NCBI GenBank assembly: GCA_039096225.1
Contig: JBBPEB010000033.1
Coordinates: forward strand, 372,001-436,000
Direction: 5' to 3'
Length of the DNA: 64,000 nt
Source: Blastocystis sp. Blastoise
Lineage: Eukaryota > Protista > Bigyra: Opalinata
Of this stretch, positions 1 to 12,579 are shown in pieces. Each line of letters opens with the position of its first letter. The first letter of the stretch is position 1. Both the position numbers and the translations under genes were made by a program. The notes beneath the pieces were generated by a model. It was not told the DNA's origin. It worked only from the letters and a program-made list of their open reading frames with translations, and made no database searches.

Positions 1-621
1 TTTCTAATTCATTTAATGCCATCGAATTACCTTGAATACTATTATTATTATTATTATTTATATTATTTATATTATTTGAAGAGGGGAAACTACGTTGAGA
101 ATCCTCAGGTACTAATTGTGTTCCACGTATCCCTGTTCGAGGTACCATTCCTTCATGATGTGATAATGTATGTCCCAAATGAACAGAATAATTATCACCT
201 GATTTATTTATAGTTTGCTTTATTTTGTTATGTGTATTCAAACTATCATGTATATTCTCTCCACTTTTGGTTTCTTTTAATGAATTTTTATTTTTATCAA
301 CTTTTCTTCCCATCATTTTTGTTATTGTAGAAAATCCTGAAGCTAATAATTTCTTTTTTCGTGGTTCGCCTTTTATATTCTTTGGTGATTGAGGAACAAA
401 TACTGGCTTTGAAGGCAGACTTAGTGATATTTTCTTGTCTATAGAGTAGATCATAAATATCTAAATAGAAAAATAATCATACCTTCTTTAGTCTTTTTTA
501 ATTTTGTCTAGAAACAAAAGAAATAATAAAAATTAAAATAAAACAATCAATAAAATACACTGTCGTATGGACCTGGTTGGGTTGCTGCTCTATATTCTGC
601 TTTCTCTTTAAATGCGTTCAT
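1..621 (-). CDS. Hypothetical protein, 5' part; runs off the window start
   Basis: ATG at 621-619 (MNAFKEKAEYRAATQPGPYD), two short GT..AG introns (~508-560, ~439-482), then an open frame (KKISLSLPSKPVFVPQSPK...HHEGMVPRTGIRGTQLVPEDSQRSF...MALNELE) to base 1 with no stop. No family recognised. Confidence 0.6.
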
Positions 622-1003
622 AATAATATTTTGTTATTCTATATATAGGTTATCATTAATTGGTAAATGATGAAAAATATAGATTCAGAAATCAATTCAT
701 ATCTAAAGAATCTTATTCAACCTTGCAAATAAGAAATAACAGAAATATATAACAATAAGAGAGATCCATATGAAATTTAATGAACATAAAACAATAATAA
801 TCACTTTATTTATATATCCAAGGTACATACGGACTTCTTATTTTTATTTTTTGAATATATATGTAAACCCAATTAAATAGAGAATACTAAGAAGTTCATA
901 AAAGATATGTTGTCCTTTTTTTGAATTCTGTTTTTTCCGCTTTTTAAATCAAAATAATCACAATTAAAACTTGAAATTCAAAAAGTATATCAAATTCATT
1001 CTT

Positions 1004-1459
1004 ATGGATATATTTGTTTGTGACGATGATATTTCGGAGAATAGTAATACTCAAACTTCTACTCTAGAGAACTCAGAAAACAATTCAGTATTATGTAATG
1101 AATTATCTAATCCTAGTGTTCTCGCATCTAACCTTCCTAATATCAACATCAAATTTTCAGATACAATATTTAATCCTGACGAAAGTTTTCAAATTCCATC
1201 AGAATTCAGTTTTATTCCTGATATAAATAATAATTCAAACACGAATTCGAATGTATCACCTACAACCGAGTTCACTATGTATTCACAGAAAACAAACTAT
1301 TATAATTATATAAAAAATGTAAAACCATATTTTACATATTCAATAATACGAAAGCACGTGGATAATCTATTGTTATGTAAAGATCAATTAGAAAAAATGG
1401 AACAGCAAATACTTGAGTGTATAGATTCATCAGAGCCAAACACTCAAGAAAAAACCTAG
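1004..1459 (+). CDS. Hypothetical Ser/Asn-rich protein, single exon
   Basis: ATG at 1004 (MDIFVCDDDISEN...), stop TAG at 1457-1459, non-repetitive ~151-codon ORF. No family recognised. Confidence 0.55.
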   Translation: MDIFVCDDDISENSNTQTSTLENSENNSVLCNELSNPSVLASNLPNINIKFSDTIFNPDESFQIPSEFSFIPDINNNSNTNSNVSPTTEFTMYSQKTNYYNYIKNVKPYFTYSIIRKHVDNLLLCKDQLEKMEQQILECIDSSEPNTQEKT

Positions 1460-1684
1460 TAGTGCTATAAACAAAACAAATTCAAATAAAGACAACACAA
1501 ATAATCGAATATTTAAAACAAATAAAATATAAACATAAATATGAAAAATATATATACATATATGTTTTTAGTCTTTTGTTGTATATATATTTTATATATA
1601 TAAATGAAATTAATAAGAATACGATAAATAAAAAGTAGATACTCTATAAAAAATATACATACAGAAAGACTATGAATAATATAT

Positions 1685-2253
1685 TTATTCTTTCATATTG
1701 ACTTTATTTTCTTCTTTAACTTCTCCTTCTTCTTCAGGTAAAATAAAGTATTTCTTGTCTTTTTCTCTCATTTCTCCTTGAAAGATTTTGGGTAATGTTT
1801 CATTATTTAGAATATAATTCCAACTTTCTTTATTGCCCATTGTATTAAAAGCACATGCTTGTTTTGTGAATGATTGGATATCAGGATTGTACGAACGTAA
1901 CAGAACAGGAATTTCCCTATATATAATGTATATAATAAAAATAAATGTTATATTATATATAATTTATATTATTAGGAATATATATAAAGTATTCATTATT
2001 ATTATTATATATATATATATATATACCAGCAAGTTGCTGAAGGAGCATTTGAGTGTTCACTGACTTCCGCGGTTATATTAAACATTCCACTAGCAACACG
2101 ACCGTCTTCATTCTGTATTAACGACGAGAATTGAGGATATAATAAGAATAATTCTATATATATATATATAGTTAATTAGAATAGAAAGAAATATGAAGCG
2201 TTTTAAAAGGAAGCAAAACATTTAATATGAAATATAATTATTAATTACTAATA

Positions 2254-2284
<31 letters not shown>

Positions 2285-3480
2285 CGTCTAGCAAGGGAAA
2301 TAGAGGCTAGTGCATATTTGCCTTGGAGATTAAGAGAGAGTATAAATAGCTGTTTAATAAAGGCAGCGACACGTGATGATAGAAGTTCTTTTCGAACAAC
2401 AAAAGAATAAGATATATTTTCAAGGAATAAATCTATATATTGTTCATTCTTCATGAGAATCATTTGAGGGAATAATTTATATAATTGATTTATATATACT
2501 CCTTCATCTAAGTTTAATACTGCACCTGGACCCTACGTATAATAATAATAATAATAATATAATAATAATAATGAATTTAACTTATAAGTTATATCAGTTA
2601 TAGAATAAAAGGTAGAATAATAAATATAATAATAGCAAGTATAATAAATATAATAATATTAATAATAATAAATATAATATTAATAATAATAAATATAATA
2701 ACTATATATATATACTTGAAGTAACTTGAAACATGTTTTGATACAATATAAACTAGAGTCTAACGATAAATCATTACGTTCTAATTGTGTTTTTAACAGT
2801 TTTAACAGATCTATAACGACATCTGTATTCAATAAATGACCAAACTTCGATAATCCCTATATACATATATATATATAATTAGATAACAATATAGAATATC
2901 ATAAATAGTTTTAAAAAAAATTAAAGACGATAATATATAGATAATAAATCTTAGAAATATCATAAAAATAATTCTATATATATACATGTAGAACAGAAGG
3001 AATAAGAGCACTTTTTGTATTTGACTTTAATATACGGAAATACGTGACAAATACCTCTTGTAACGTATCTTTCTGAAACGACTTTCGAAGAGATATATCA
3101 GGACCTTCACCTTCTTTTATTATCTTATCTCTACATATAATATATATATATATATATATAGGATTAGATTAATAATAAAAACAAAAGAATAAATATATAT
3201 ATTGATAATGATATAATATATATATATATTTATAAGGTATAATAATAAATATATATATATATACATTTCAGAAGATTTCTGTCTCTTAGTTTTTTGGCCT
3301 AGAATTGTGTTCTCATCAAGTTTCTCCTTTAAAGGAAGAGAAATAAACCTATATATATAGAAAAAACATAAATAATACAAAAAAGTATAAATAAAAATAT
3401 TTTTAAATAAAAACCAAGTAAATATTAAAATAATTATAAGTAAAAAAGAAAAGTATACTTTAAATATTAACAAAATAGTG

Positions 3481-3521
<41 letters not shown>

Positions 3522-4241
3522 CGAGTACTTCAGGTTGAATGTTATATCCTCCTTGTTTGAGAACCGCGGTTATTTGATGAACTATATCAAAGGTGATTCC
3601 TCCCTGTGCGTCATGCTTGAAGAGTTCTAATAGAGATTCGATGCACATGCGACGATAAGAAGCATATCTATAGATATATTATAATAAAATGAATCAATAT
3701 CTAGATAACAGAAATAATTATGTATACTATTGATATATAATGAAAAATATATATATATATAAAAATATATATTTTAAAAAAATTAATATATATATATATA
3801 ATAAATAAAAAATACTTGGATTTCACCCAAGGTAAGACTAATTCAGTCAGAATTTCTACATAATTAAACATATAATGATATCGAAGAAGACTACATAAAC
3901 AACGTAATCCATTTTCAGTGATTTCCTTGGGAATATTCGGGTTTTGAGAGGAAGGTGTTCCGACAAGAGTCTTCAGGGCCTTCAAATAAGACTATATATA
4001 GATTATATAGTATATAATATAAATCGTATAGAATATATATAGTATAAATAGTATATAGTATATAAATATACTCTATAAGTAACAACAAGAGATTCTTCAT
4101 ATTGTCTTTGTTTACGAACATCTTTCGTCAGTTTCTGGTCCTTTTCTTCTTGTGTTAATTCACGAATATAATAAGACTATACATATATATAATAGATACT
4201 ATAAGAATAAGATTTATAGAATATTAATCAAATATAATTAT

Positions 4242-4299
<58 letters not shown>

Positions 4300-5317
4300 G
4301 TAGGACATCATCAAACACTTTATAGCAGCTCATCAATGCGAGTAGACTGACGCGCTTGTCGTCATCGTAACACAATTGAATCAGTTGTTGAAGGGGTGTC
4401 GCGGCATTTCTTCGGCGGCGAATATTACCTTCAGGATCTTCCATGAGGGACTATATATAATATTATTATATATATATATATATTATACTATTATATAATA
4501 TTATATATTATTATATATTATTATATATTATATATTATTATATATATTATATATTATTATATATTATTATATATTATTATAAACTATATATACAATAGCT
4601 AACTCTGCAATATTAACTTTACATTTTTCAAAATGATTTTCAATTTTTTGTTGAATTTCTTCTATAAATATTATATATATTATAATTATATATATATATG
4701 ATACCTGGTGTTAATGGTCGAGGAGGTTCTTTAGTTTCACTATATATATATATATATATAAATATATACATTTTACAACAATTTATTATATACAGTTTTT
4801 CTTCTTCTTTTTCTTCTTCCTCTTCTTCTTCTTCTTCATCATCTGTTTTTCTCTTCTTTTCCTGTCTCTTTTTATTCTGATCTATTTTCTTATTCTTCTT
4901 ATTATCTTTCATGTCTTCTTCTTCTTCTTCTTCTTCTTCATCATCTTCATCATCTTCAGAACTACTCATATCAGATTCAGATTCCATATTTTCTTCTTCT
5001 TCTTCTTCCTCCTCCTCTTTTTCTTCTTCCTCTTCGTTTATTTCTTTTTCAATGGGTTTAAAAGTCTTCAATTGACCATCAGAAAGTTTTAAAGGAAGAC
5101 GATGAACTTCTCTTGTCGTTTGTTCAGGAAGAGTTCGAGGAACTTTTTCATATTCTTCTTCTTCATCATCCATATTTCTCTTCTTTCTCTTAGATGGTAG
5201 CTCGTTTGTTTGATCTTCCAAGTTCATATCATTCATAACAGAGGCAAAACGGCCGAATTCATCATCGAATTCCATGTCATCATTATTATATTCATTATCA
5301 CTTTCAGAAGAACTCAT
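1685..5317 (-). CDS. NOC3: Nucleolar complex protein 3 (NOC3/CBF-Mak21 family), multi-exon
   Basis: Spliced translation shows an acidic N-terminus, RLPLKLSDGQL, IAELA..MEDPEGN, LALMSCYKVFDDVLPSYYIRELT, CLCSLLRYHYMFNY, TLQEVFVTYFRILK..LIPSVLHGLSKFGHLLNTD, RVAAFIKQL and WEIPVLLRSYNPDI. Stop TAA at 1687-1685. Confidence 0.9.
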
Positions 5318-6240
5318 GGTCTCAACTATTGAGAAAAATTGAATTGTTCTGGTTTTTGAAGTTGAAAAAAAATGTTCACGAAAATAAATGATAATTCTCT
5401 TTATAAATTGGTTTTTCCATGAAACCTCATTTTAGTTATTTTTATCTTGTAACTCTCTAAATTCTATTCTGTTTCTTTCATTATATAAACTATATATAAA
5501 GACAACAAGACGAACTCATTTGAAACTATTTTTATAAAGAATTGAGTCACACATTTACTACTCATTCTTTAATTTGTTATGTTTATCATTTCTATCGTTA
5601 CAGAAACTTTGGACTAATAGCTACTTTAAATGAATATTTTCTCTATTGATCCCTGTTAATAGCAACTAAATTTCTTGTTGAAATTCATTGGAAATCAGTT
5701 TTTAGATGTACAGAGAATTTCCTTTTTCCATATTTAATATATTTAGATGATATATGAAGAATAATGTACTCAACAAATGTCATATTTAAATGATTTCACT
5801 TTTAGTTTGATCGCTATTCTGCTAATGGAAATACACAAAGAATTTAAAAATTTCAATGATGATCAATCAATCAATAATGAATAGGAATCATGTTTACCTA
5901 TAAAACCTAAATCAAAACAATATATTTATGAGAATAGAAAAAAGAATGGGTAATATCTTTTTATTTCCATAAATAATCGTATTTTTCAACAAATTCAAAA
6001 ACAAATATGTCCCGTAATTTTCTGGGTTTTCTCGGTCAAAAAAAAAAGATAATGCGAGCAACACATGAAAAACGTAAGTGAATGTTTGAAAGCAATTGTT
6101 GTTTCTCATTCTACAACAGTTTCGCTTAAATATATTTATTTTATAGCTAATACTTTTTAAAATTTAAGTTTGCGCTATTGTGAATATACTTAGAATAAGA
6201 TTCATAAAAATACATTTCCATATCAATTCCTTTTTTAACA

Positions 6241-7399
6241 ATGTCAGATCCCACAGAATGGATAGAATATATCAAGACAAAAGGTCATCTTCCTATGTCA
6301 CAATTAAAACGATTATGTGAAACTGCAAAAGAAATTTTCTTCGAAGAAGGAAACGTTCAACAAGTCAGCTCTCCAGTCACTATTTGTGGTGATATTCATG
6401 GTCAATTCAATGATCTCTTAGAATTATTCAACAATGGTGGTGATGTCCCTGATACAAAATATATATTTATGGTAAGGTTTTAATATTATTTAACTCGTGT
6501 TTTTTTTTTAAGTTATTTTTTTAATATTATATTATTTATATTTATGGGTGATTATGTCGATAGAGGCTTTCGCTCTGTAGAAACATTTCAATTATTAATG
6601 TGTTTGAAAGTGTGGTATGCTTTTTTTTAATATTTTTTTATTATTATTGTATTATTATTATTTTTTTTATTATTATTATTATTTTTTTTTATTATTATTA
6701 TTTTTATTATTATTTTTTATTATTTTATTATTATTATTTTTTATTATTAATATTGATATTACTATATAGTTATCCTGATCGTATAACCTTATTACGAGGT
6801 AACCACGAAAGCAAGCAAATTACACAGGTATATGGTTTCTATGATGAGTGTTTACGTAAATATCAATCCTCTGAACCTTACCAATGGTGTATTGATGTAT
6901 TTAACTTCTTAGGAATATCCGCTGTATATATATATATATTATATTATAAACAAGATATAGAATTATTAATTATAATTAACAGAATATTATTATTATTATT
7001 ATTATATAGTTAGTAGATGGTAAAATCTTTTGTGTTCACGGTGGTCTATCGCCTGATGTTTCCACATTAGATAAAGTATAAATCAGTCTTATATATATAT
7101 AATATTCAATATAAGAATTACTGTTTTGGCTATTTTTATTAGTTATTAATTATAAATAATCTATATATATTTATATATTTATATATATATTCTTGCTTAT
7201 TTTCTACATAGATTACTCCTTCTCCTACATATATATATATATATATAGATTCGTACACTCCCGCGATTACAAGAGGTTCCTGAGGAGGGTGCTCTCAGCG
7301 ACTTATTATGGTCAGATCCCGAGGAAATCGAGGGCTGGCAACAGAGTCCCCGCGGGGCTGGATACTTATTTGGTTGGAGAGTCGTTTCTGAAGTATATA

Positions 7400-7466
<67 letters not shown>

Positions 7467-7865
7467 TTCTTATTCGATTTGTTAATATTATTATGTTTAT
7501 TATTATTATGTATATTATGTTCATTATTATATATATATAGTTTAATGACGTCAATGGATTAGAATTAATATGCAGAGCTCATCAAATGGCTAATGAGGGA
7601 TTCCATTATATGTTCCCAGATAAAAACCTTGTTACTGTATGGTCTGCTCCTAATTATTGTTATCGATGTGGTAATTTAGCGTCTATACTCCGATTGGATG
7701 AACATTTAGAAAGAACTTTCCTTATGTTCAAAGCCGTATATATATATAATATATATATTGTAATATATTTCTATTATACATTGAACATATATATATATAT
7801 AGGATGATAAGAATCAGTTAAAAGATATGCCTCCGTCAGTAACGGCTCAAAGATATTTTTATTAA
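6241..7865 (+). CDS. PPP6C: Ser/Thr phosphatase, PP2A-like family, most like PP6/Sit4 catalytic subunit (7 exons)
   Basis: [89 protein letters not shown]4 is not fully excluded. Confidence 0.88.
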
Positions 7866-8381
7866 AAGAACTAAATAAAAAAATATCTATCTTTTTCAAT
7901 AACTCACATTTGTTATTGGTATAATTCTATGTTATCGTATATTTGTTCTATGTTTTTCAAATTAACTGTTTTCATTGTAATAATATTAATTTGTATTATT
8001 TTATTTTATTCTTATAATTAAATACTATCCTATCACGAGTTGTATTTTTACCTTTTGTCCATTTTCTTTTGTTATTCTTCTTATTTATCATTTTTCACAT
8101 TCTCAACTCTCTTTTTACTACTCTTGTTGAGCATAAAATGAAGGTATTCAAATGCTTCAAGGAAATCAGTAAAAAATTAATTAAAATATTTCTTATGTTT
8201 ATAATCGTGTTTTGTATATATTATTTACTCCACACTATCGTTATTATTATATATATATATAATCCCTCTTTTCAAGAAACATGCTATTCATATATAACTC
8301 AACTATATATTAACTCTTAACAAAAAATATAAATATATATTATAAATTAATAACAGAATAAGAATGATCCTTTTTAACTAA

Positions 8382-9000
8382 TTAATTAAATTCATAATCA
8401 TCATTTTCTTTATCTAATAATACACGAATCAAATCATCAATAGAATCCGTAGTAAATCTTTTTAAGGATGGTATAATACATGTAGCTTCTTCAGTCTCTT
8501 CAGGTACTAAATTCATTAAAGAAGCTACTTCAAATTCATCTAATCTTCCAACAGAACTATAATCATCATTATAAGTCAACTCAAAACTTTCTAAGCTCCT
8601 ATAATAATTATGTTTTTATTTATTATTTAGAACTATTTAAATATTAATATTTCATTAAATTATATTACTCACATATATATACATACTTTCTTAATTCTTC
8701 TATTCTTGGCTTTTCTTGAATAGGATCTCTTAATTTACTATATGCAATTGTGTCATCCAAAGTAGTTAATACAACTTGTTTGATATCATCTTCAGCATTT
8801 TCAGTTTTCTGTCGTCTTTCGGATAAAATAATAGCTACTTCAGAATTAGACAAACAGTTTGAAGCATAATAATCTATGAAAATGATCTTTAAAAAAAGAA
8901 ATAAAATACCTTCACCTCTCAGCTTCTTGGCAATAACAACTGGATCATTCTATAAATATATCTTATTATATAGATCTAGAAAAAATACATTAGAATTCAT
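8382..9000 (-). CDS. RPB4: RNA polymerase II subunit RPB4 (4 exons)
   Basis: MNSN|NDPVVIAKKLRGE|DYYASNCLSNSEVAIIL... and LDEFEVASLMNLVPEETEEATCIIPSLKRF match the RPB4 HRDC-like fold motifs. Confidence 0.88.
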
Positions 9001-9070
9001 TTCGTTTAATTATAGGCAGATAAAGAAAAAAATAACAATGAAAAAGTTAAAAAAACTTTTTATATGTAAA

Positions 9071-10245
9071 ATGAATACAACGCCAAATGAACAAGATATT
9101 TTCGTTGAATATAAAGATGAGATTTCCAATTTAGTGAGTCTTGTTCTTAGTAATATAAAAGAAATGATTCCACCCCTTCATTATGAATGGAAAATTAAGG
9201 AAGTATATAACTAAATGTTATGTAGAAAAAGTATATAGATTCAATTCTTTCCTTATCATGTATCAAAACATACCTATCAAAAGTGTTTGTGGATCTTTTT
9301 TAATGATGCCTTAAATTATTCATGTTATACAAGAGAACAACTTAACATGACTCCCGTATATTGATTTTGAGTATTAATTAAGTTTATGTGTTTAGAAAGT
9401 CCATAAAACATATTCAACTTCTGTTTGTCTTTTTTATAATCAAACTTGTACCTATGTAGGTTTATTTAATTATTTATATGTTAATTTAATTGTTTATATG
9501 TTAATTTAATTATTTATATGTTATTAATAATATATATATATATATATATATATAAGGGATGTAGAGATTGCAAACTCTTTATGAATTTCTCAAAATTCTC
9601 ATTTCCCGCTCAATTTAAAAAAGATTTAAAAACACTTTCAACAATTCAGTTAAGTCATCGAGCTATATATATATATTGTATTATAATTTATAATTGTTTT
9701 TTTTATAGTTTATTTTACTATTTTTATATAATTATAAGTGGATCTTTATATATATATATTGTATTATCATTTATAATTGTTTTTTTTTATAATTTATTAT
9801 TATTATTATTTTTATAATTTTAAGTGAATATATATATATAAAGGCTATATATACAAGTTCCGGGACCGTTCAAGAATCGAAGAATCAAATAGACCCCAAA
9901 ACTGTTGTATTATCTATACCTCAAAGAGATCAATTATATAAACAATTACTTTCCAAAATGACTTTAGTATGATATATTATATTTATTATGTTTTGTTTAT
10001 AATATTTATTATATTTATTATGTTTTGTTTATAATATTTATTATATTTATTCTATTTTTAATATTTATTCTATTTATTATATTTATTTTATTATATGTAT
10101 TTATTATATATATAGTATGATTCAACGAAACTCATTCTTAGAAATCGACAGCTGGATCCCTCCTTTCTTGTTGGCGGGCAATACTTCAAATCGTATATAT
10201 ACATATATACATATTATATATAAAAATATAAATCTTCTTCCGATC

Positions 10246-10281
<36 letters not shown>

Positions 10282-10525
10282 TTCTTCCTATCCTATGTAT
10301 ATATAGTTGGCCTAATAATAACCCTCGGTCTCTCCATCCTCTCCTCCCTTGTACCGCCTCTCAGGGCCTTATTATCCCCTGCATTTCACCCTATGGACAC
10401 ATACTTGGCATGCAAATCAAACCTGAAAAACAAGCCAAACGATATGATACAGTTGGTCGTAAGGTTAATAATAAGAAAAAAGGTCCTTATTATAGTCTCC
10501 CTAATGGAGATACACCCATGTATAT

Positions 10526-10560
<35 letters not shown>

Positions 10561-10739
10561 TATTCATCTAATTAATATATATATATATATATATATATAG
10601 TTATGTATGGATTCCTACGGCTTTAAAATCATTATATTCATCTGCCACTCTTTCAACGCCTCCCCCCGCGGTTATTGGCATATGTGAAGGAGGACTCAAA
10701 CCTGCTATCGCCTCTATTTTCTTAAATACTGTATATATA

Positions 10740-10771
<32 letters not shown>

Positions 10772-10986
10772 TTATAGGTATTTTGTGGATCTTTTACAAG
10801 GCAATTCTCAGCATATACACTTTTAAGTTTTATATATATATATATATATTAAAATACTATATATATATAATAAAATACTATATATATATATTAAAATACT
10901 ATATATATAGTTTTATCCGTGATTTAGAAAATGATTTCTTTCATGTTCCTTTACATTCTTCACAGATATATATGTATATATTCTCT

Positions 10987-11055
<69 letters not shown>

Positions 11056-11283
11056 TCCTGATGCAGGTACATGTGAGAATGAAGGTGTCTTACTCGATTG
11101 TATAACGGTATATAGAAATATACGTCAACAAGGATATAATGTTCAATTCGCTTGGTGGGGACAAGTATATATATATATATATACATATTCACTATGAAGA
11201 GTATAATATAATATATATAAATATGTATACATTATTATAATACAAATAAATACTCTATACTATGTTCTCTCGTGAATTCATAA

Positions 11284-11363
<80 letters not shown>

Positions 11364-11964
11364 GAGAAGAAGCCAAGAACTATATATAAGGATATATCCG
11401 ATAAGGTAGGAATAGAAGTGGCTCCAGTTATTCAAAGTTGTGATATCGATGATCTTGTGACTAAATATAATAACTATTATCCACAAATATTACGTTATGT
11501 ATATTAACATATATATAAATATATATATATATATTAATATTCTATTATAGATTGAGTATGAGGAGTTAGTATCCTATTGTACTCCAGAACTGAAGCAGTC
11601 CCTTATAAGTCATCATCTCTCTCCTTCGACTCCTCTACAACCACCACTAGATCTCAATACCTTTGATCTCTATCAAGACTATTATCAATCTTCTACACAA
11701 GACACATCTATATGGTCAGATTATCCACAAGAAACCATAGACGAACTACATGTAGAAAACGACATAGAACACTCTATCACTTCTTCCTCACAAGATGCAG
11801 ATACTATATCTACATATACTCATACTAGTTCCTATGAAGAACAATCAGCACACTCCATGTCTACTCATACAAATGATACTTATAAAATACCGAAACTTAT
11901 TGAAACCAAAATTACTCCTCCATCAAAACAAATTGGCTATCATATTTTATTAAATCATATATAA
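9071..11964 (+). CDS. TOPRIM/primase-like protein resembling cyanobacterial DUF3854/CyRepA1-type replication proteins; ~11 exons
   Basis: Spliced product contains RDQLYKQLLSKMTL..LRNRQL..YFKSW, GLIIPCISPYGHILGMQIKP, SLPNGDTP, IGICEGGLKPAIA, IFPDAGTCENEGV, GYNVQFAWWGQ and CDIDDL, then a Ser/Thr-rich tail to TAA at 11962-11964. An alternative in-frame ATG lies at 9038. Confidence 0.72.
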
Positions 11965-12111
11965 AAAAAATTGATATAAATGTGTATATATCTAGTTTCG
12001 TTAATCAGTTTTTAAAACTTAATAACGCATAATTTTAAAACAAAACAAAACACGAATAATGGTACAATCCCTAATTGAAACACAGAAAAACATCTAAGAA
12101 CAAAATACTCT

Positions 12112-12579
12112 TTATTCCTTAACGGTCTTCCATTCCATGATTTGTTCAGTTCCCATAGATTCAAGGACACTGACGAGGACAGTATCTTCACCAGTAGTAA
12201 GAGCATTCTTAATTCCTTCAATCATTTCTTCAGGAGCCTTAAGATCATCCTTGGAGTTGCAATCACTATCGAGAAGAGAAGCGAAACCATCTTCATCGAT
12301 ATCGGTTACTTGCCATTCAGTTCTCTTAATGACGGGAACTTCAACGTTGTGAGAAGTAGGACACATGGTTTCATATTTCTTTTGATTGAAGATATCAAGA
12401 GCAGTAATAGAAGCCTTAGCGTGACCATGTTTACCAGTCTTAGAGGTAGAAAGATCTACGACTCTGCAGGGTCTGTTATTGATGACAATGAAATCACCCT
12501 TACGGATCTTACCAGCCTTAACAGCGGCGGTATCGGAAGCACCGGCATCAACATCACTGAATTCTTCGTCTGAGGACAT
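12112..12579 (-). CDS. EIF5A: Translation factor eIF5A, intronless
   Basis: Hypusine motif STSKTGKHGHAK, plus DIFNQKKYETMCPTSHNVEVP. Confidence 0.97.
   Translation of the reverse strand: MSSDEEFSDVDAGASDTAAVKAGKIRKGDFIVINNRPCRVVDLSTSKTGKHGHAKASITALDIFNQKKYETMCPTSHNVEVPVIKRTEWQVTDIDEDGFASLLDSDCNSKDDLKAPEEMIEGIKNALTTGEDTVLVSVLESMGTEQIMEWKTVKE

Noticed and set aside
12137-12573. Plus-strand 71-aa and 143-aa ORFs over eIF5A
   Set aside because: Antisense shadows produced by biased codon usage; the minus frame is clearly eIF5A.
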